This document shows positions 58,461-64,000 of a stretch of 64,000 nt of DNA, one piece after another. Position 1 is the first letter of the stretch. Every line of letters begins with the position of its first letter. The translations under genes and the position numbers were made by a program. This stretch comes from Cellvibrionaceae bacterium (lineage in GTDB: Bacteria > Pseudomonadota > Gammaproteobacteria > Pseudomonadales > Cellvibrionaceae), in the NCBI GenBank assembly GCA_050290265.1, contig JBNKHI010000010.1, positions 16,276 to 80,275 of the forward strand. The letters run 5' to 3'. The notes beneath the pieces were generated by a model. It had not been told where the DNA came from. It did not search any database and saw only the letters and a program-made list of their open reading frames with translations.

Positions 58461-59387
58461 ATGGCGGATATACTCCCATTAAATAAATATATCGGCACGA
58501 TTGGCATTGTGGTGAGCCTGTTTGCGCAATCAACACTTAGCTTTGAAGTTAACCCTCAAGCATTCTCTGGTGGCCCCGATGCTGATGATACGACCTTACT
58601 CGAAAACCCAGAAGGATATGGGATGCTGGGACCCAAAGAAACGCCCAGCGCAGACCCGAGGGATTTCAACGGTCTTTGGCGTCCAGGGGCAACGCCAAGG
58701 AAGACACCGTTGAAATCGGTAAACGATGTATTCGCATTGGAAGATATTTCACTCACCCCCTATGCGGAAAAGATCACCAGAATGATCACTAAAATTAGGG
58801 ACGAAGGTAGTCCTGTTCAACTGTCGTCTACCGCTTGTCGTTCGCACGGTATAGCAACAGCGTTATTCCCTTCATTTGTCATGGCCATCGTCCAGAACGA
58901 CCACAACGTCATGATTATGTATGAGCAGCCACGTTACATTCAAAAAATTCGCCTTAATAGAAAACATCCAAAAAATCTAGAACCGTCTTATGGGGGGCAT
59001 TCAATAGGTCACTGGGATGGGAATACCCTGGTTGTAGAGACGGTTGGGTTTAATGGCTTAGGAGAGCTGGACATTAGTGGCGCCCCAGTAAGTGAAAATG
59101 CAAAAATGATTCAAAAAATCACTAAATCAGAAAACGGAACGGTACTAAACCTTCAAGTCACAATAGAGGATCCCTTTTATTTAACCGAACCCGTTGTTGT
59201 TGATCGTCGCTGGATTTGGACTAATGGCATTCAGCAAGGTGAATTCGATTGTGAGGAAAACCCCCGCGAAGATATGAATAATGAAACGTTCTACATTGAA
59301 GATCTTTACAAGCCCCTATGTGTCAGGATCGAAGGTAAAGGAGCAGAACCCTCAAGGGTGGTCTGTGACAAACTGGGAAAAATTTAA
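58461..59387 (+). CDS. Exported 4-Cys protein, paralogue X2
   Basis: DPRDFNGLWRPG, ACRSHG, GHWDGNTLVVETVG, EDPFYLTEP. Cys positions match X1. Confidence 0.8.
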   Translation: MADILPLNKYIGTIGIVVSLFAQSTLSFEVNPQAFSGGPDADDTTLLENPEGYGMLGPKETPSADPRDFNGLWRPGATPRKTPLKSVNDVFALEDISLTPYAEKITRMITKIRDEGSPVQLSSTACRSHGIATALFPSFVMAIVQNDHNVMIMYEQPRYIQKIRLNRKHPKNLEPSYGGHSIGHWDGNTLVVETVGFNGLGELDISGAPVSENAKMIQKITKSENGTVLNLQVTIEDPFYLTEPVVVDRRWIWTNGIQQGEFDCEENPREDMNNETFYIEDLYKPLCVRIEGKGAEPSRVVCDKLGKI

Positions 59388-59425
59388 ACACAACAGTCAT
59401 ATCAAATTTAATTGATTGGAGAAAA

Positions 59426-59923
59426 ATGATGATAGTAGCGGCCTTTCAATGGTTGAAGGAATCTACGCTGGGAATTTTTATGGCGGAAAATGAATTTGCT
59501 TTTCCCTGGATTGAATGCATTCATGTTATAGCGTTGTGTATTACCGTAGGTTCGATCCTGTTGCTCGACTTTCGTTTATTAGGTCTCGCCTATAAACACT
59601 GGTCGTTAAAAGACATGAGTCAGAGTCTACTACCAGTGACATGGTGGGCTTATGCCGTCGCACTCGTTACCGGCATCTGCCTGTTATCATCAAATGCTCT
59701 GGCCTATCTTGCCAATCCAGCGTTTTTGTTAAAAATGACCTTTATGGCTATTGCCGGCATAAATATGCTTTTATTTCATTTTGTGACCAACAAAAACATT
59801 TCGGACATTGACCATATTACTGATTTATCGCTTTCAGCGCGTATAGCAGGAGGCGTTTCATTTTGCTGCTGGATTACGGTGGTTGGTGCAGGTCGCTGGA
59901 TCGGTTTTATTAGCCCTTGGTAA
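59426..59923 (+). CDS. 4-TM inner-membrane protein, paralogue M2
   Basis: WIECIHVIALC and C-terminal GRWIGFISPW. Same topology as M1. Confidence 0.8.
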   Translation: MMIVAAFQWLKESTLGIFMAENEFAFPWIECIHVIALCITVGSILLLDFRLLGLAYKHWSLKDMSQSLLPVTWWAYAVALVTGICLLSSNALAYLANPAFLLKMTFMAIAGINMLLFHFVTNKNISDIDHITDLSLSARIAGGVSFCCWITVVGAGRWIGFISPW

Positions 59924-59932
59924 TGGAGCGTA

Positions 59933-60127
59933 ATGACCACACAACCCAACAATGATTCAACGCTAAAGCTAAGAAAGAACCTTGATGATGCTCTTTCCTG
60001 CACGCCTACATTTTATCCTGAACACCTAAAAATCCTGAACAGGCATAAAGGTCATACCTATTGTTGCCCCGCGTTTTTTCAAACTCGCAATAACCCATTC
60101 AAAAAATCTGTCGTTGACTACGATTGA
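59933..60127 (+). CDS. Possible small ORF at the end of the TBDR operon (64 aa)
   Basis: The ATG lies 6 nt after a GGAGCG motif and 9 nt after the M2 stop. No family recognised. Overlaps the convergent gene by 10 nt. Confidence 0.3.
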   Translation: MTTQPNNDSTLKLRKNLDDALSCTPTFYPEHLKILNRHKGHTYCCPAFFQTRNNPFKKSVVDYD

Positions 60128-61215
60128 GAATTATCGGTACCGGACTGAGTACGCTGATAGGTTCGAAGTATTCGGTGGATAAAACTAAGTTTATTGCGTA
60201 CTGCGGGCACAAGAATAAAGGGGTAAAGATCTGGCTGGCCCATACTGCGATTTAGACTGTTAACTGCAAAGGTCAGCGGTAAATGTTGTTCAATTATCTC
60301 GCTGAAGTCGTCGTGTTCAAACGGATTAATCGTAATGGCAACGGCCAGTGAAGCGTTTTTATTCGCCTGCGGATGCAGTTGTATACCGAACTGATGGGCG
60401 GTCTCCATAGTGTCGACAATATGAAAATAGTGCGCCCAGGTTTCAGCCCAGTCTTCCCAGGGATGCGACGACGCATAAACGCTGACAAAATTGTCGCGCC
60501 AGTTTGGTAAAGGGCTTTGATAATGCTTTTGCAAGGCTGCAGCATAATCTGCGCGTTCGTCACCAAACAGCCGCCGGCACTCTTCCAGTCTTTCAGGGTA
60601 GGGAAAAATGAGCTGGTCCCAATAGTAGTGTCCAACTTCATGACGAAAGTGCCCGATCAATGTGCGATAAGACTCACTTAGGTCTTCGCGCCGCTGTTCG
60701 CGTTCCGCTGAACTGGCTTCGGCAGCATTGATGGTAACCTGCCCCATGGAATGCCCAGTCATGGTTTGCGCATTGTGAGGAACGGCATCTTTTTCAGAAA
60801 TAAAATCAAACGCCAATCCATTTTCCGGGGCGTCATGTTTACTTTGCACGGGCAAATTTAAACGCAACAACCCATACACTAAACGGTGCTTGGCAAATTC
60901 AAGTTTCTGCCAGGCTTCGCGTTGTTCGATTTTTTCCAGATTTGGGATATGACGATTAAGTTCACAGGCAATACAGTATTTGTCGTCGCCATCGACTAAC
61001 CAGTTACAAACGCCATGTTGGAAGTTGTCACAATACCGCCAGACTTTGGCTGGCGACGACGTATCCATCAGCGCCTGCCAGCCGTTGTTAATTGGCTTCA
61101 GGGTGCTAAGTTCGAGTAACTCTGAAAGAAACCCCAGGCTTGAGCCACACCGTTCGCATCGAGTATTTTCAAACAGCACAGTTTGCGAGCATTGCTGGCA
61201 ACTATAAATTTTCAT
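60118..61215 (-). CDS. Zinc-ribbon plus putative zinc metallopeptidase domain protein
   Basis: N-terminal CQQCSQ...CERCG zinc ribbon and an HEVGH metal-binding motif. Confidence 0.82.
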   Translation of the reverse strand: MKIYSCQQCSQTVLFENTRCERCGSSLGFLSELLELSTLKPINNGWQALMDTSSPAKVWRYCDNFQHGVCNWLVDGDDKYCIACELNRHIPNLEKIEQREAWQKLEFAKHRLVYGLLRLNLPVQSKHDAPENGLAFDFISEKDAVPHNAQTMTGHSMGQVTINAAEASSAEREQRREDLSESYRTLIGHFRHEVGHYYWDQLIFPYPERLEECRRLFGDERADYAAALQKHYQSPLPNWRDNFVSVYASSHPWEDWAETWAHYFHIVDTMETAHQFGIQLHPQANKNASLAVAITINPFEHDDFSEIIEQHLPLTFAVNSLNRSMGQPDLYPFILVPAVRNKLSFIHRILRTYQRTQSGTDNSQS

Positions 61216-61260
61216 AAGGGCTCAATTGGATTTCGTTGCGTAATGGAATTTAGGCGTTGA

Positions 61261-62475
61261 TTACGTATTCGCTTTAATCGCCCCCAGTAGCTTATACGCT
61301 AACAATACACAGGCGATCACTGCAATCACTTCCGCAAACAAACTAAATACGCCGCCCAGACTAAAATACTCGAGAAAGGGCGATACCAGAACGGGGGACA
61401 TAAACTGTCCAAAAAACAGGAACGACGTGAGCGTACCAATTGCCAACCCTAAATGCTCTTTACTGACGATTGCCATGCATAAGGAAACACCCAGTGGCAT
61501 CAGTATACCCAGCCCGGTTCCCGCAAAGGCCAGTCCCACGACTGCCATGGCAAAACTATCGGCATGCCCGACAATAAACATTCCGATACTAAGATTGACC
61601 ATAATCCATACTAACGCTAGTAAGCCGCCGAGCAGATTCATTAATCGACGAAAGAATAACGCGCCCATAGACGAGAAAAATGCCATACAGGCCAGTGCCA
61701 TACCGGCTTTTGCTGCGCCCAAACCAATCTCGCCAAACAGGAACGGTAGTTGCACTGGCAACACGTAGTAGATCATGGCCATACCCATAACCATCAGATA
61801 GATACGCAGTAGCAGCCATTTCGACGTTTTTTTAGCGGGATGACTTGCCTCGCCGTTCGTCTCTGGCGCTGGCTGGCGACTGCGAAACTTGCGCCCTCCC
61901 GTTTCACGAACAAAACCGGCAAAGCCGACGAAGAGTAAAAACCCCAAGCTATACAGGAAAAATGGCAGCCGCCAGGAGATTTCTGCCAATATGCCGCCCA
62001 GGCTGAGTATCACTATCCCGCCCATACTCATAGCCGTGCTTTGCAAACCTAAAAAGCGTTGCCGTGCCTGGCCCTCAAACAAATCTCCGGCAATAGTCGT
62101 GAGTGCGGTCATCAGGCCGGCAATAAAAATACCCAAAAGTGCTCTGCTGGCCAGAATCCAATAGAGCGAGTCCATAAAGTAGCCTGCGGTACCAGCACAG
62201 CCACAACCCAGGCTTGATAACAACAGCATAGGCCAACGGCCGTAACGATCTACCAAACTGCCCATCACAAAGGAACAGAGAGCAATCGCCAATGATGGAA
62301 TCGTAATCACGAGTTTCACTAATAACTCGGCGTTTGGCACATCCGCAAAATGCTGCCCCATGCCGGCAATACCTGGGGCAATGGCCAGCCCCCCCATCAC
62401 AGTCAACATGCTGCCAAACAGCAAGGCGATATTACGATAACGTTCAGTTGGGTTTTTAAACATGGGGGAACTCAA
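61261..62475 (-). CDS. MFS transporter
   Basis: 404 aa with 12 TM helices. The loop 2-3 motif is GSLVDRYGRW. Confidence 0.87.
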   Translation of the reverse strand: MSSPMFKNPTERYRNIALLFGSMLTVMGGLAIAPGIAGMGQHFADVPNAELLVKLVITIPSLAIALCSFVMGSLVDRYGRWPMLLLSSLGCGCAGTAGYFMDSLYWILASRALLGIFIAGLMTALTTIAGDLFEGQARQRFLGLQSTAMSMGGIVILSLGGILAEISWRLPFFLYSLGFLLFVGFAGFVRETGGRKFRSRQPAPETNGEASHPAKKTSKWLLLRIYLMVMGMAMIYYVLPVQLPFLFGEIGLGAAKAGMALACMAFFSSMGALFFRRLMNLLGGLLALVWIMVNLSIGMFIVGHADSFAMAVVGLAFAGTGLGILMPLGVSLCMAIVSKEHLGLAIGTLTSFLFFGQFMSPVLVSPFLEYFSLGGVFSLFAEVIAVIACVLLAYKLLGAIKANT

Positions 62476-62507
62476 ATTACGGCCTACTGGGTCAAAAATT
62501 GATTGCT

Positions 62508-62548
62508 AAAAAAAACGCGAATTACCGAAACATTATGGTAATTCGCGT
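62508..62548 (-). terminator. Rho-independent terminator of the aldehyde dehydrogenase gene
   Basis: 12-bp stem acgcgaattacc (62515-62526) / ggtaattcgcgt (62537-62548). The A-run at 62508-62515 reads as a U-tract on the minus strand. Confidence 0.85.
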
Positions 62549-62596
62549 TTATACAGACAACGATGCCTTAATACATTGATTTTTTACGGGTTAAAT

Positions 62597-64000
62597 TTAA
62601 AAGCCCACTTGCACTGATTTGGTTTCGGTATAGGCGAGCAATCCATCCAAGCCACCTTCACGACCAATACCAGATTGTTTGAAACCTCCAAAAGGTCGCG
62701 GCGCATCACTGGCACCCCCACCGTTGATAGTAATCAAACCGGCGTCGATACGACGGGCCAAACCGTGCGCGGCGCGCAGGTTGCGGGTCCAGATTTTAGC
62801 CGCAAGACCATATTCAGTATCGTTTGCTGTCGCTGCGATTGCTTTCAAATCATTTGCGTCATCAAACCGCAGTACCGTCAATACAGGCCCGAAGATCTCA
62901 TCCTTATGCACAGCCATGTCTGCGGTTACATTGGTTAGTACCGTAGGTTGTACGAAGTAACCTGGCACATCAATGCGCTCGCCACCGCACGCCAGGGTCG
63001 CACCGGCTTGCTGACCGTCAGCGATATAGCTGAGTACCCGCTGCAACTGCCCTTCTGAAATAATGGGCCCCATCTGGCTGCCCGAGGCTGTACCGGGGGC
63101 AGGCTTGATGTTGTTAAAAATAGCGACAATTTTATCCACCAGTGCATCATGCACATCGTTGTGTACTAACAAACGGGTGCCGGCCGCACAAAACTGACCC
63201 GTTTTAAAGCATAGCTCACGTGCAATACCCGCTGCAGCGGCATCAAGATCTGCATCTGGCATCACGATGATTGGCGATTTACCGCCCAGTTCCAATGTCA
63301 CGCGTTTCATATTGCCGGAAGCGCCTTCCAGAATAGAACGACCAACACGAGTAGAACCGGTAAAAGACACTTTGTTGATATCGGGATGATCAACAATGGC
63401 CTGCCCAGCATCCGCACCAAAACCCGTAACAATGTTGACGACGCCTGGCGGAAAGCCAACTTCGTCGATAAATTTAGCCAAGCGCAGTGCTGACAAGGGC
63501 GCCAGTTCCGCAGGCTTAACCACTACCGTACAGCCTGCTGCCAAAGCAGTACCCATTTTGTTCAACACCATCAAAAACGGTGCATTCCAGGGCGTGATCG
63601 CACCAACCACACCAACAGGCTGGCGCATCGTGTAAGTCATAAACTCTGCATCAATTGGAGTCGTGGGCACATCACCAGCAACCTTGCCTATCCAGCCGGC
63701 ATTGCTGCGCAGGTTATTAACTGACATGGGAATATCTACATGCTGGATTTGAGCGATGGGATTACCACCATCAAGGGATTCTATAATGGCTAATTCGTCT
63801 TGATTGGCCATAATTACGTCCGCCAGCTTGTGCAACAGTGCGGCACGTGTTTGAAAATTCATGCTCGCCCAAGGGCCTTCTTCAAACGCAGCCCGGGCTG
63901 CTTGCACAGCGCGATCGATATCCTCGGCATTACCTTTAGCCACTGTCGCCAGGTGCTCGCCAGTGGAAGGATTCAGCACTTTGAAGGTTTCACCGGAAAT
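62597..64000 (-). CDS. NAD(P)-dependent aldehyde dehydrogenase (5' end lies beyond the window)
   Basis: ELGGKSP, FKTGQFCAAGTR (catalytic Cys), EIFGPV. The frame stays open upstream of the listed Met to the window edge. Confidence 0.9.
   Translation of the reverse strand: MSGETFKVLNPSTGEHLATVAKGNAEDIDRAVQAARAAFEEGPWASMNFQTRAALLHKLADVIMANQDELAIIESLDGGNPIAQIQHVDIPMSVNNLRSNAGWIGKVAGDVPTTPIDAEFMTYTMRQPVGVVGAITPWNAPFLMVLNKMGTALAAGCTVVVKPAELAPLSALRLAKFIDEVGFPPGVVNIVTGFGADAGQAIVDHPDINKVSFTGSTRVGRSILEGASGNMKRVTLELGGKSPIIVMPDADLDAAAAGIARELCFKTGQFCAAGTRLLVHNDVHDALVDKIVAIFNNIKPAPGTASGSQMGPIISEGQLQRVLSYIADGQQAGATLACGGERIDVPGYFVQPTVLTNVTADMAVHKDEIFGPVLTVLRFDDANDLKAIAATANDTEYGLAAKIWTRNLRAAHGLARRIDAGLITINGGGASDAPRPFGGFKQSGIGREGGLDGLLAYTETKSVQVGF

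Noticed and set aside
1-64000. tRNA, rRNA, integrase, toxin-antitoxin, restriction-modification or cas genes
   Set aside because: None was recognised by eye in any intergenic region or ORF. A tRNAscan or Infernal run would be needed to exclude small RNAs formally.

Overview
This 64-kb chromosomal window looks like it comes from a marine or aquatic gammaproteobacterium. That is an inference from gene content only; no rRNA, tRNA or CRISPR array was found. Most of it is recognisable core metabolism. (i) 13.1-22.6 kb holds a compact Entner-Doudoroff/glucose block (pyk-pgl-zwf-eda-glk-edd-hexR on the minus strand, gap divergent) with a HexR-type palindrome in the hexR/gap intergenic region. (ii) 36.9-45.2 kb holds a seven-gene cobalamin uptake/salvage operon (btuB-cobO-cobQ-btuC-btuD-cobC-btuF, minus strand) behind a cobalamin riboswitch. 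(iii) Scattered through the window are osmoadaptation and transport genes (mscL, three MscS-family channels, a BCCT transporter, four MFS transporters, a VIT1 homologue), metY, a MarR unit, a DUF2975/HTH pair, a lytic transglycosylase, oxidoreductases and a 5'-truncated aldehyde dehydrogenase at the right edge. Two regions stand out as candidate undescribed systems. (A) 4989-7727 is an AT-rich two-gene island encoding a TIGR04141/DUF6119-like protein with a PD-(D/E)xK-like C-terminal motif and a coiled-coil two-TM protein. It sits next to a gutted IS110-like transposase remnant and is a candidate defence or abortive-infection module. (B) 52.2-60.1 kb is a TetR-flanked TonB-dependent receptor locus. 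It encodes three paralogous exported Cys-containing proteins, two paralogous 4-TM inner-membrane proteins and a DUF6152-like protein whose predicted mature N-terminus is His-His. This looks like an envelope-spanning uptake system with unknown substrate. Smaller oddities include an in-frame amber-interrupted ORF, perfect in-frame tandem repeats in a signal peptidase, a tetrapeptide-repeat insertion in CobQ, an MscL with a C-terminal CxxC...CxxC tail, a repeated ~75-nt terminator-bearing element, and several candidate operators. All family assignments come from motif recognition by eye and need HMM or structure searches to confirm.
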